A stretch of 18,859 bases of DNA from Gemmatimonadota bacterium (GCA_038153405.1 JAYOYH010000071.1:1-18859); one strand, 5' to 3'; shown: positions 1 through 8,826, counted from the stretch's first letter. The notes: generated from the letters alone by a model not told the origin. Made by a program: numbers and translations.

Positions 1-55
1 CAGTTTTTGGGAAAGCTAAGCGGTTGGCGTCGTCCACAGTTTTTGGGAAAGCTAA
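1..55. repeat. 19-bp exact direct repeat (CAGTTTTTGGGAAAGCTAA), 36-bp period
   Basis: Identical copies at 1-19 and 37-55. The first copy begins at the window edge, so unit length and copy number may be larger. Confidence 0.9.
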
Positions 56-56
56 T

Positions 57-1568
57 ATGTTTGAAACGGCAGAGCTAGGGCGCAAGATATCTCGGGCAGA
101 TTTCAAGGAACAATCCGCTGTGCTGCGCACTGAATTGTTAAAAGTGCAGCAAGAACTGCGCCGTGAGCGGCGTTTTCAGGTAGTGATTGTTTTTGGCGGT
201 GTGGACGGAGCGGGCAAGAGCGAAACAGCCAATACGCTCAACGATTGGATGGATCCGCGCGGGATTTCCACGCATGCGTTTGGCATCCCTACGGAAGACG
301 AGCGCGAACGCCCCGAATATTGGCGCTACTGGCGCACGCTACCGCCCAAGGGAGATATTGCGATTTATCTCAGCGCCTGGTACTCGCGTCCCCTATTAGA
401 CCGCGTCTATGGCCGTTCCGACCTAGCGGGCTACGACCGCGACCTCAATCGCATTGCCACCTTTGAAAAAGGGTTGGTCGACGACGGAACGCTCATCCTA
501 AAGTTCTGGATGCACCTAGGCAAAAGGGGGCAGAAAAAGCGGCTGGACGCACTGGCAAAAGATCCGCTGACGCGCTGGCGCGTCACCGAGCACGAAAAAG
601 AAAACTGGAAGATGTACGATCAGTTTGAGGTCGCTTCCGATCGCCTAATTCACAAGACCAATATGGACGGAGCGGCCTGGCGCCTCGTCGAAGGCGAAGA
701 CCACAACTATCGCACGCTGACTGTGGCCAAGGTCGTGTGCGAAGCCCTGCAGGCCAAGCTGAACGCAGCGCGTCCCGCCCAACGCAGGCCCTCTGTCATA
801 TCCGCTGGCATCGGGAGCGGTGCCGTTAACGTCCTGAACCATTTGGATATGAAGCAAAAGTTGGCCAAAAAGGAATACAGAATTCAGTTGGAAAAGTACC
901 AGGGACGCCTCAACCTGCTAACGCTGGAGGCGCGCCGCAGTGGGCTCTCGACGATTTTTGTTTTCGAAGGGGCCGATGCCGCCGGCAAGGGAGGTGCGAT
1001 CCGCCGTCTGGTTTCGGCGCTCGACGCCTACCAGTACAAGGTCATCCCCATTGCGGCGCCGAGCGACGAGGAGAAGGCGCGCCATTACCTGTGGCGCTTC
1101 TGGCGCCATCTGCCGCGCGCCGGCCGCGTCACCCTATTTGACCGCAGCTGGTATGGCAGAGTGCTTGTCGAACGCGTTGAAGGGTTTGCTACCGAGTCGG
1201 AGTGGAAGCGGGCTTACGCAGAAATTGACGATTTTGAAGAGCAGCTGGTGGAAGGCGGTGCCGTCCTGATTAAATTCTGGATTCACATCACCAAAGACGA
1301 ACAGCTGCGGCGCTTCAAATCTCGCGAGAATACCCCCTACAAGCGCTGGAAGATAACCGATGAAGATTGGCGCAACCGCGAAAAGTGGGAACAGTACGAA
1401 GAGGCCGTTGACGAAATGGTCTCTCGGACTAGCACCGGCGTGGCGCCCTGGACGCTGGTCGAGGGCAACGACAAGCGCTTTGCGCGCATCAAGGTGCTGA
1501 GCACGGCATGCCACTTTTTGGAGGCAACTCTCAAAGGGCGTCAAAAGGGTGCCGACGGCAAGAAATAG
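57..1568 (+). CDS. pap: Polyphosphate:AMP phosphotransferase (two-domain, class II PPK2)
   Basis: Two tandem PPK2 domains with Walker A motifs FGGVDGAGKS and FEGADAAGKGG, plus YWRYWRTLP/YLWRFWRHLP, FDRSWYGRVLVERV and KFW(M/I)H. MFETAELGRK resembles the usual N-terminus, so ATG 57 is preferred over the TTG at 24. Confidence 0.9.
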   Translation: MFETAELGRKISRADFKEQSAVLRTELLKVQQELRRERRFQVVIVFGGVDGAGKSETANTLNDWMDPRGISTHAFGIPTEDERERPEYWRYWRTLPPKGDIAIYLSAWYSRPLLDRVYGRSDLAGYDRDLNRIATFEKGLVDDGTLILKFWMHLGKRGQKKRLDALAKDPLTRWRVTEHEKENWKMYDQFEVASDRLIHKTNMDGAAWRLVEGEDHNYRTLTVAKVVCEALQAKLNAARPAQRRPSVISAGIGSGAVNVLNHLDMKQKLAKKEYRIQLEKYQGRLNLLTLEARRSGLSTIFVFEGADAAGKGGAIRRLVSALDAYQYKVIPIAAPSDEEKARHYLWRFWRHLPRAGRVTLFDRSWYGRVLVERVEGFATESEWKRAYAEIDDFEEQLVEGGAVLIKFWIHITKDEQLRRFKSRENTPYKRWKITDEDWRNREKWEQYEEAVDEMVSRTSTGVAPWTLVEGNDKRFARIKVLSTACHFLEATLKGRQKGADGKK

Positions 1569-1599
1569 ACCGATACAGGAGTCTGCTTCGTGGCGTTAG

Positions 1600-3918
1600 C
1601 TAGCGCTCGCGCATGCGCACCGGCGATGCCGGCAGGGCATCTTCTTTTAACATGCTATTGCTGCGCGTGTCTAGTTGACCAAAGGACAGCACGCCGGTAG
1701 GACAGGTGTGCACGCAGGCGCTGCAGCGCACGCACTCTGGATCGTCCATCGGTTGGCCTTTATTGGCGAAGCTCATTACGTCGATACCTTGGTGACATAC
1801 TGAGGTGCACATATTGCACGATATACATTTCTCCTTTTGTGAGAAGATGCGAAAGCGGCTAAAGCGCGCGTAAATGTGCATTAGGGCGGCCAGCGGGCAT
1901 GCGAAGCGGCACCACACGCGCCCGCTGTACCAGAAGTACGCTCCATAGCCAACAACGCCGGCCAGCATGAGATCGATGCTCCAGCGATAGTTGAGCTGAA
2001 TGCCCCCTATCTGCCAGCCATAGAGCATGCCTTCGTAGAGCTGGCGAAAGGCATCTCCTAGGGCGCTGTCCGGCATGAGCCACGAACCGATGCGTCCCAA
2101 CAGCATGATAAAGCACAGCAGTAGGATGGCCTGACCGAGCATATTGGCTCGGTTCCACGTCGCGCCGTGCGGCATCTTGTGGCGGTGTGCGTCCCCCAAC
2201 GTTTCGGCTAGTGCACCGCACGAGCAAATCCAGCCGCAGTAGGCTCCCTTACCCCAGAAATAGACGATAGCTGGTATGGCGACAAACGTCTGCACAAAGG
2301 AAATGGCTAGCCACCAGTACATCGGCTCGCCGGTAAAAGCGTTCCAGACGAAGAGAGGCCAGGCCAAGACTAGGCCAAAGGCGCGCCAGTATTCGCGGCC
2401 GTGGTCGTATGAGACGGCGGGAAATAGCGCATCGGCTAGGTCTTTGGCCAACCCGCTGTCAAAAAGTCCGTTGTGCCCCATATAGGGCAGGGCGATGTAG
2501 GGCAGCAGAAACAGCGGCACGACTTGAAAGGCGATCAGCGAGAGCGTTTGCCACTTGACGTAGGGGGTCCGATGGCGGCGCACGCGGCGCGCGCCAAAGC
2601 TGACCACGAGCAGCGAATAGAGCAGACTGTACCAGAAACCGGGCTTGCCGAGATTAAACGAAAGAACGCCTAACAGTGTTGTCATATCGGCGGTCTGTGG
2701 CCAAATGGCGGCCAATGCAGCGGGCATATTAAATGGGAATAGCTGCGCCTTTTCGAAGGCGCGGGTCAGGTCTCCGCCGGCTTTCCAGTTGTAGAGGAAA
2801 AAGCAGAACGCCATGAATAATCCGGCCAGCGCCCACTGGCGCGCGGTCATTTCTCCGCGAATGGCCATGCCGCTGCGGCGAAAAAAATCCAAGGGTGCTT
2901 CGCGGCCGATCATGGTGAATACAGCCTCGTTCTTCAGCGTTTGTTCGCGTCCATCGCCGTCGCGCAGGGTCACCGCTTCTCGTTCTATGCGCAGCAGCTG
3001 ACTGCCCATAAACAGGCGGACGGTGCCGGGCTGTTGAGCGTCGTTTCCCACGGAATAAGTTCCGGCTGGCGACTTTTCGAGCAGCGAATTGAGCTTCTCT
3101 ACGTTGGCCGACTTAGGCCGGGAGAAAGCGCTTTTACGGTAGGAAAGCGCGACGCGGCCGCTGCTTTGGGCAATGGCGATGGCCGTCTCCAGCGCGCTGT
3201 CACCGCCGCCGACGACCAGCGCATTTTGTCCGGTGTAGTCGCGAGGGTCGTGCAGGCGGTTGGATACTTTGTCTAGGGCTTCGCCGGGCACGTCGAGTGT
3301 GCGAAAATTGCCCGACCTGCCAATGGCTACAATTGCGCGGTGCGCGCGGATGGGCTCGCTCTGGGCAGGTAAGAGCTCGAATAGGCCTTCGCGCCGCGCA
3401 ATGCGCTCGACGCGCAGCGGCAGCGGTCGGATTCCCCTACCCAGCGTCTGCTCTCTGAGCTCCTCTATAAGTTGCTCGCGCACTTCCGCGTCAAAGCGGA
3501 GTTGCCCGGCCGGTTCCATTGTGGTCGGATAGGTGTAAATGGGCTTGCCCTTGGGAAAGTTAATCAGCGTCGAGAGGGGTTCGTTGGCCTCGACTATGGC
3601 AAAGGATAGGCCCGCTTGGCGCGCTTCCAGTGCCGCAGCCATGCCCGACACGCCCGCTCCAACAATGGCGATATCCAGTGCGCCGGTCTCCTCCCGCTGG
3701 CGCGCGCGTTGGAAGTCTGCATCGGCTGCTATGTGCCGAACGGCGCGCGCGCCCGTATCGGCGGAAAATTTGAGCAAGGGCACACCGGTAAGGTCGCCGA
3801 CGATATAGAGTCCGGCTATACTGCTCATGCCGTTTTCGTCCACTTGGGGAAGCGGTTCGATTTTGCCGGCGGGCCAGCGTCCGTGTAGCCAGTGCGCGTA
3901 GCGCGCAAGGAGACCCAT
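1600..3918 (-). CDS. FAD/NAD(P)H-dependent oxidoreductase (TrxR/YpdA-like) fused to a membrane polyferredoxin (NapH/MauN-like) domain
   Basis: FAD motif IAIVGAGVSG; NAD(P)H motif LVVGGGDSALE followed by SYRK; several hydrophobic segments; CGWICSCG and CRFACP; two 4Fe-4S motifs CISCNMCTSVC and CVRCSACVHTCP. GGAAAGG lies upstream of the ATG. Confidence 0.85.
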   Translation of the reverse strand: MGLLARYAHWLHGRWPAGKIEPLPQVDENGMSSIAGLYIVGDLTGVPLLKFSADTGARAVRHIAADADFQRARQREETGALDIAIVGAGVSGMAAALEARQAGLSFAIVEANEPLSTLINFPKGKPIYTYPTTMEPAGQLRFDAEVREQLIEELREQTLGRGIRPLPLRVERIARREGLFELLPAQSEPIRAHRAIVAIGRSGNFRTLDVPGEALDKVSNRLHDPRDYTGQNALVVGGGDSALETAIAIAQSSGRVALSYRKSAFSRPKSANVEKLNSLLEKSPAGTYSVGNDAQQPGTVRLFMGSQLLRIEREAVTLRDGDGREQTLKNEAVFTMIGREAPLDFFRRSGMAIRGEMTARQWALAGLFMAFCFFLYNWKAGGDLTRAFEKAQLFPFNMPAALAAIWPQTADMTTLLGVLSFNLGKPGFWYSLLYSLLVVSFGARRVRRHRTPYVKWQTLSLIAFQVVPLFLLPYIALPYMGHNGLFDSGLAKDLADALFPAVSYDHGREYWRAFGLVLAWPLFVWNAFTGEPMYWWLAISFVQTFVAIPAIVYFWGKGAYCGWICSCGALAETLGDAHRHKMPHGATWNRANMLGQAILLLCFIMLLGRIGSWLMPDSALGDAFRQLYEGMLYGWQIGGIQLNYRWSIDLMLAGVVGYGAYFWYSGRVWCRFACPLAALMHIYARFSRFRIFSQKEKCISCNMCTSVCHQGIDVMSFANKGQPMDDPECVRCSACVHTCPTGVLSFGQLDTRSNSMLKEDALPASPVRMRER

Positions 3919-3958
3919 ATTAGCGCCTTTCCATTTCGTGTGGTGATCTGTTGGGAAA

Positions 3959-3986
3959 ACTATAAGGAGCGCGCGCGGATCTGCAA
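3959..3986 (-). promoter_or_regulatory. Candidate sigma70 promoter for the flavoprotein-ferredoxin gene
   Basis: Minus strand reads TTGCAG-16 nt-TATAGT, ending about 40 nt upstream of ATG 3918. Confidence 0.4.
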
Positions 3987-4035
3987 AGGATGGGGAATCC
4001 GTCGCAGTAGGGTGGCGAGAGGACGAGCGGCCTGC

Positions 4036-6030
4036 CTAGTGCGATTCGGCGTACTGCGCGCGCAGCACGCGGCGCATCACTTTGTTGGACGCCGTGCGCG
4101 GCAGGGCGTCCACGATAGCTACATTGGCTATTTTAAACAGCGGATTGAGCTGGTGACGCAGGGCGTGTTGCAAGGCATTCTGCGGGTTATCAATGGGCTG
4201 GTCTAACACGGCGTAGATCACCAGCTGACTCGGGCCGCCACCGGGCGGTGCCACGGCGATGGCGGCGGTCTCGCCGACGCCGTCAACGGCGTTGAGGACG
4301 CGCTCGATCTCGGCCGAACTGACTTTAATGCCGCCCACGTTCATCGCATCATCCGCTCGCCCGTGCACTCGGTAGTGCGCCTCTCCGCGGCGCTCGACGC
4401 GGTCTCCGTGGCGGCGCAGCGCTTGGCCTTGCCACTGCGGCGTGTCGCCGTAGTAGACGGCGCGATGATCGCCGCCCACCAGTTCGGTCGACATGCCGAC
4501 GGAGGGGGGCGATAGAAAGGCCTCACCGTGCTCGCAGGCCTTTCCCTCTTCGTCGATGAGCACCATATCCACGCCCAGCGCAGGCGTTGTAAAACAGGCC
4601 GGTCTGGCGGCCTGTAGCATAGAGCATGTCAAATAGCCGCCGGCCAGTTCCGTGCCGCCGCAGTATTCTAGGACGGGCCTGTAACCGGCTTGGGCCATTA
4701 GCCAGTGCATGTCGTCGGGGTTGGAGCACTCGCCCGTTGAGCTAAAGGCGCGCAGCGCTCCAAGGTCGATGCCGCGCAGCGCTTCTGCGCTGCGCCAGGT
4801 GCGCACGAGGCTCGGCACCACGCCGAGCATATTGACTTGCGCATCGTCCACAAAGCGCAGAAAGTCGGCGCCCGTCGGCGCACCGTAGTAGAGGGCGATA
4901 GTTGCGCGGTTGATCAGGCTGGCGTAGATCAGCCACGGCCCCATCATCCAGCCTAAGTTAGTCGGCCACGCCACGACCTCGCCGGGGTGTATATCGTGGT
5001 GGAGATAGCCATCGGCTGCACACTTGATCGGCGTTATGTGGTTCCATGGAATGGCCTTGGGCGTGCCCGTAGTGCCGGAGGAAAAGAGGATGTTGCTGTG
5101 CGTATGCGGTGCGCAGGCGACGGCGTCAATCTCTTCTTTACCGAGAAATTCATCCCAGCTTACATCGCCTTTGCGCAGCGCGGTATTCAGGCCCTCTGAT
5201 AGACCGGGCACGACTATGGCGGGCGGCCCGTTGGCTTCTACAACGCGCTCGTAGAGCGGTAGTAGCCTGCCGCCGCGCGCGATGACATCCTGGGTAAATA
5301 CGAGTTGTGCGCCGCCCAGCACTAGGCGCGTGGCGATCTCTTCGGCGGCGAAGCTATCGGCAATGGCGACCACGCTACACCCCGACCAAACGATGCCCAG
5401 GTAAATGGCCACCGACTCGGCCGTCATCGGCATGTCGATGGCGATGCTCGTTCCGGGCTCGATACCGGCCACGCGCAGGCCGGCGGCGACTTGGCGCGTA
5501 GTGCGCAGCAGATCGCCGTAGCTCATGCGCTGCATGCTGCCGCCCTCGTGCTGGAAGACGATGGCCGTCTCGCTGGCTGCAGCGCCAAAGCAGCTTTCGG
5601 CAATATTGAGCTGGGCATCGGCAAAGAAGCGGGCCTCGTGTACGCCGGCGTCGAGATCGAGGGTGCGGTTGCTCGGTCTGCGAAAGCGAATGCCCAATTT
5701 CTCGACGATGCACTCCCAGAAAGACGAACGCTCTGACACCGACCACGCGTGCAGGGCCCGGTGGGAATCCAAGCCACGCTCGCGCATCAGCTGCGCGACG
5801 TGAGCGCGTTCCCGCGTGCGTTCGTCGGGTGCCCATACCACGTCGTCTTCGCTGCACGCACGGTAGAGCAGTTGGTGCAGTGCAAAGGGGTGCTGTGCGC
5901 AAAGCACGTGGCGTGCCAGCTGCAAAAATCGCTCTGCCGGGGCTAGAGCCATGGCCTGTTCTATCTGCGGCCACAGGTCTGTAGCCTGTTGGCGATCTAA
6001 ACCGCAGGCGCACAGGTCGTCTATGTGCAC
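4036..6030 (-). CDS. AMP-forming acyl-CoA synthetase (acetyl-CoA synthetase-like; resembles plant AAE17/AAE18 clade)
   Basis: ANL motifs ILFSSGTTGTPK, EYCGGTE, RHGD, GRADD..NVGGIKV and LPRTASNK. GTG 6030 sits 5 nt after AGGAG and removes the overlap with ltaE seen in the track's 6114 start. Confidence 0.88.
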   Translation of the reverse strand: MHIDDLCACGLDRQQATDLWPQIEQAMALAPAERFLQLARHVLCAQHPFALHQLLYRACSEDDVVWAPDERTRERAHVAQLMRERGLDSHRALHAWSVSERSSFWECIVEKLGIRFRRPSNRTLDLDAGVHEARFFADAQLNIAESCFGAAASETAIVFQHEGGSMQRMSYGDLLRTTRQVAAGLRVAGIEPGTSIAIDMPMTAESVAIYLGIVWSGCSVVAIADSFAAEEIATRLVLGGAQLVFTQDVIARGGRLLPLYERVVEANGPPAIVVPGLSEGLNTALRKGDVSWDEFLGKEEIDAVACAPHTHSNILFSSGTTGTPKAIPWNHITPIKCAADGYLHHDIHPGEVVAWPTNLGWMMGPWLIYASLINRATIALYYGAPTGADFLRFVDDAQVNMLGVVPSLVRTWRSAEALRGIDLGALRAFSSTGECSNPDDMHWLMAQAGYRPVLEYCGGTELAGGYLTCSMLQAARPACFTTPALGVDMVLIDEEGKACEHGEAFLSPPSVGMSTELVGGDHRAVYYGDTPQWQGQALRRHGDRVERRGEAHYRVHGRADDAMNVGGIKVSSAEIERVLNAVDGVGETAAIAVAPPGGGPSQLVIYAVLDQPIDNPQNALQHALRHQLNPLFKIANVAIVDALPRTASNKVMRRVLRAQYAESH

Positions 6031-6061
6031 GTCCACTCCTCTCGCATTGCTGGCGCTGTGG

Positions 6062-7102
6062 CTACAGGGCGCTTGTCGCCATTTCTCTGGTGGTTTCAAT
6101 GACGTAGTCGACATCGGCTGTGTCGATGTGCCGGTGGGTTACTAAGCGCGCGCCGTGCGGCGGTCGCGGATTGCATAGAATACCGCGCTCTTTCCAAGTG
6201 CTGACCAACTGCTCGGCCGTCCACCCCCACTGCGCTACGTCCACTTTGAGGATATTGGTCGCTAGCTCGGGCGCTTCGATTTCAACGCCCTCAATGGCGC
6301 CCAATCCGTCGATCAGACGGCGTGCGTTGGCGTGGTCTTCGGCTAGCCGGTCAACCATGTGTTCAATGGCGACGATGCCAGCAGCAGCGATGATGCCGGC
6401 CTGGCGCATGGCTCCGCCCAAGCGCTTGCGCATCGCATAGGCTTGGTCGATAAAAGAGCGGCTGCCGCACAGCAGTGAGCCAACGGGCGCGCTCAGTCCC
6501 TTGGATACGCAAAACATTACGGAGTCCACGTGGGCGGTGTACTCTCTTGCATCGACGCCGAGCGCAACGGCGGCGTTAAAAAGGCGTGCACCGTCCATAT
6601 GCAGCTTTAGGCCATTCTCTTTGCACACGTCTCCCACGGCGCGCACTTGGGCCGGCGTCCAGGCCGAGCCGCCGTAGTTGTTGTGCGTGTTTTCTATGCA
6701 GACCAGCGAGGTAGGCGAAAAGTGCACATTCTGTCCGCGCAGTTCCGCGCGCAGTTGCTCGGCGCTAAAGATGCCGTTTTCACCGGTGAGCGCTCGCGAG
6801 GCGAGGCCAGCGATATTGGCAAAGGCGCCGCATTCCCACACATACATATGGGCGCGCTCTTCGAAGATGACTTCGTCGCCGTGGCGAGCATGCGTCAGCA
6901 GGGCGCACGTATTTCCCATGGTGCCCGAGGGCACGTAGAGCGCGGCTTCCATGCCCACTTTTTCTGCGGCTATTTCTTCGAGGCGGTTGATCGTAGGGTC
7001 TTCGCCATATACGTCGTCGCCCACCTCAGCTGCCGACATGGCCTCTTTCATTTGCTCCGTTGGCAGCGTCAGCGTATCGCTGCGCAGGTCGACTCTACTC
7101 AT
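6062..7102 (-). CDS. ltaE: Low-specificity L-threonine aldolase (PLP-dependent)
   Basis: DLRSDTLT, GDDVYGEDPT, PSGTMGN, IENTHN, HMDGARLFNA, PLP lysine in FCVSKGLSAPVGS, GGAMRQAG. AGGAG SD upstream. Confidence 0.92.
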   Translation of the reverse strand: MSRVDLRSDTLTLPTEQMKEAMSAAEVGDDVYGEDPTINRLEEIAAEKVGMEAALYVPSGTMGNTCALLTHARHGDEVIFEERAHMYVWECGAFANIAGLASRALTGENGIFSAEQLRAELRGQNVHFSPTSLVCIENTHNNYGGSAWTPAQVRAVGDVCKENGLKLHMDGARLFNAAVALGVDAREYTAHVDSVMFCVSKGLSAPVGSLLCGSRSFIDQAYAMRKRLGGAMRQAGIIAAAGIVAIEHMVDRLAEDHANARRLIDGLGAIEGVEIEAPELATNILKVDVAQWGWTAEQLVSTWKERGILCNPRPPHGARLVTHRHIDTADVDYVIETTREMATSAL

Positions 7103-7116
7103 CGTCTCTCCTCTGC

Positions 7117-7145
7117 TTGACGTTGGGCGGCTGCCGCCGTATGAT
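7117..7145 (+). promoter_or_regulatory. Near-consensus sigma70 promoter for the ggt-like/methyltransferase unit
   Basis: TTGACG (7117-7122), 17-nt spacer, TATGAT (7140-7145). The spacer contains the inverted repeat GGCGGC-T-GCCGCC (7126-7138). Confidence 0.7.
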
Positions 7146-7186
7146 TTCGCATCTCGGAAATTACGCGAATGGAGGGGTCTCGTCCA

Positions 7187-8821
7187 ATGGCATTTTCATC
7201 TCACGGCAAGGTTCATCGCTCCACCGTCACTGGGCGGAGAGGCATGGTCGCCTCCGGCCATCCACTGGCGTCGCTCGCCGGCTTGCGCGTGCTCATGCAG
7301 GGGGGCAACGCCATTGACGCGGCTGTAGCTACCGCCGCAGCCCTCAACGTCGTCGAGCCCTACATGTCGGGCATTGGCGGCGTTGGCTACATGCATATTT
7401 ACAGTGCGCGGGAGCGCGAGCACAAGGTGCTCGACTACGTCGGGTTGACGCCGGCGGCAACCGATATCGCTCTCTACGACGCGGACAAGCGCGACCGCGG
7501 ACCCCTGTCTCACTTAGTTCCGGGTGCCTGCGGCGGCTGGTTGGCAGCCGTGGCCCGCTATGGCAATCTGTCGCCCGCCGAGGTCTTTGCCCCGGCCATT
7601 GAGTACGCCGAGCAAGGTTTTGCATTGACGGTGAAAAATGCCGAGTTCTTCGCTGGCAGCGATGCCGATTTGCGCCGTTTCGGCGAGGGGGCCAAAACCT
7701 ATCTACCGCCCAGTGGACCGTCGTTTGCCGGACAGATTCTCGTGCAGGGAGATCTAGCTGATACCTTTCGCCAAGTAGCAGAGGGCGGCGCCGAGGTTTT
7801 CTATCGCGGCGCCCTAGGCGAGCGCATCGTGCGCTCTGTGCAGGAGAGCGGCGGCGTGTTGTCACGCGAGGATATGCACAACTTCCAGGCGGTCTGGCTC
7901 GACCCGGTCGAGATTGTCTATCGCGGTTATCGCATTTTTGCGCCTGCTCCGCCCTGCCAGGCCGTGCAGTATCTGCAGACGCTCAAAATTATGGAGGGCT
8001 TTGACGTGGCCGATATGGGCCACAATACGGTCGAAACACTGCATCGCTTTATCGAGACGACCAAGCTCTGCATGGCCGATCGCGCCGAATATGCCGCCAT
8101 TGCCCATCCGCCGACTGCGGGCCTGCTATCCGATGACTATGCCGCAACGCGGCGCGCGCAGATAGGCGACAGAGCCCAATACACGGGTGGCGAGCGTTAC
8201 ACGGCGCAGAAGGTCGATGGCGAAGTGCTGGCTGGTCAGCCACCCGGCTGGATGAAGGACGAGTGCACCACGCACTTTGACGCCATCGACGACGAGGGCA
8301 ATGCCGTCGCTTGCACCCAGAGTCTCGGGTCGGGTTTTGGCTCGGCGATGGTGGTGCCCGGCACGGGCATCGCGCTCAATAACTTCATGCGCTGGTTTGA
8401 TCTGGAACCGAGCAGCCCCAACGCCATTGGTCCGGCAAAGAAAAACGAGATGTGCCTTTCACCCGCTCAAGTTTGGGACGGCGAAGGCCTGCGCTTGTTG
8501 ATCGGCACGCCGGGTGGTCACGGCATTTTGCAGACGACGCCGCAGATGATTATGAACGTCCTCGATCACGGCATGAACGTGCAGGCTGCCATCGAAGCGG
8601 CCCGCGTCAAAACCGGACAGCCGGGCTATGTCGTCAACGCCGAAGCGCGCATCGCCCCAGAAGTATTCGCCGAGTTGGAAAAGCGCGGCCACCAGTTCGA
8701 CTACTTGGGTGATTTTTCGCCGGCGGTGGGCGGTGGTCAGGGCATCATGGTCGATCCGGCCAGCGGCGCCTTTATGGGAGGAGCGGATCCGCGGCGCGAC
8801 GGTTACGCGCTGGGCTGGTAG
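7187..8821 (+). CDS. ggt: Gamma-glutamyltransferase-family Ntn hydrolase, probably cytoplasmic
   Basis: GMVAS.HPLAS.AG, GGNAIDAAVA, VVEPYMSGIGG, nucleophile Thr in CTTHF.AID.EGNAV, GTPGG and C-terminal GGADPRRDG. No signal peptide. GGAGG at 7171-7175 supports ATG 7187. Confidence 0.88.
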   Translation: MAFSSHGKVHRSTVTGRRGMVASGHPLASLAGLRVLMQGGNAIDAAVATAAALNVVEPYMSGIGGVGYMHIYSAREREHKVLDYVGLTPAATDIALYDADKRDRGPLSHLVPGACGGWLAAVARYGNLSPAEVFAPAIEYAEQGFALTVKNAEFFAGSDADLRRFGEGAKTYLPPSGPSFAGQILVQGDLADTFRQVAEGGAEVFYRGALGERIVRSVQESGGVLSREDMHNFQAVWLDPVEIVYRGYRIFAPAPPCQAVQYLQTLKIMEGFDVADMGHNTVETLHRFIETTKLCMADRAEYAAIAHPPTAGLLSDDYAATRRAQIGDRAQYTGGERYTAQKVDGEVLAGQPPGWMKDECTTHFDAIDDEGNAVACTQSLGSGFGSAMVVPGTGIALNNFMRWFDLEPSSPNAIGPAKKNEMCLSPAQVWDGEGLRLLIGTPGGHGILQTTPQMIMNVLDHGMNVQAAIEAARVKTGQPGYVVNAEARIAPEVFAELEKRGHQFDYLGDFSPAVGGGQGIMVDPASGAFMGGADPRRDGYALGW

Positions 8822-8826
8822 GTCCA

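Noticed and set aside
1..55. CRISPR array
   Set aside because: Only two 19-bp copies with a 17-nt gap, too short for a repeat-spacer unit, and no cas genes in the window.
24..56. TTG-initiated N-terminal extension of PPK2
   Set aside because: It runs through the repeat, and the family-like sequence begins at ATG 57.
5375..6013. 212-aa alternative-frame ORF and other nested ORFs (e.g. 7344-7865, 16680-17276)
   Set aside because: They lie inside well-supported genes and are low-complexity or antisense shadows, as expected in GC-rich DNA.
6031..6114. N-terminal extension of the acyl-CoA synthetase overlapping ltaE
   Set aside because: An AGGAG-GTG start at 6030 removes the overlap.
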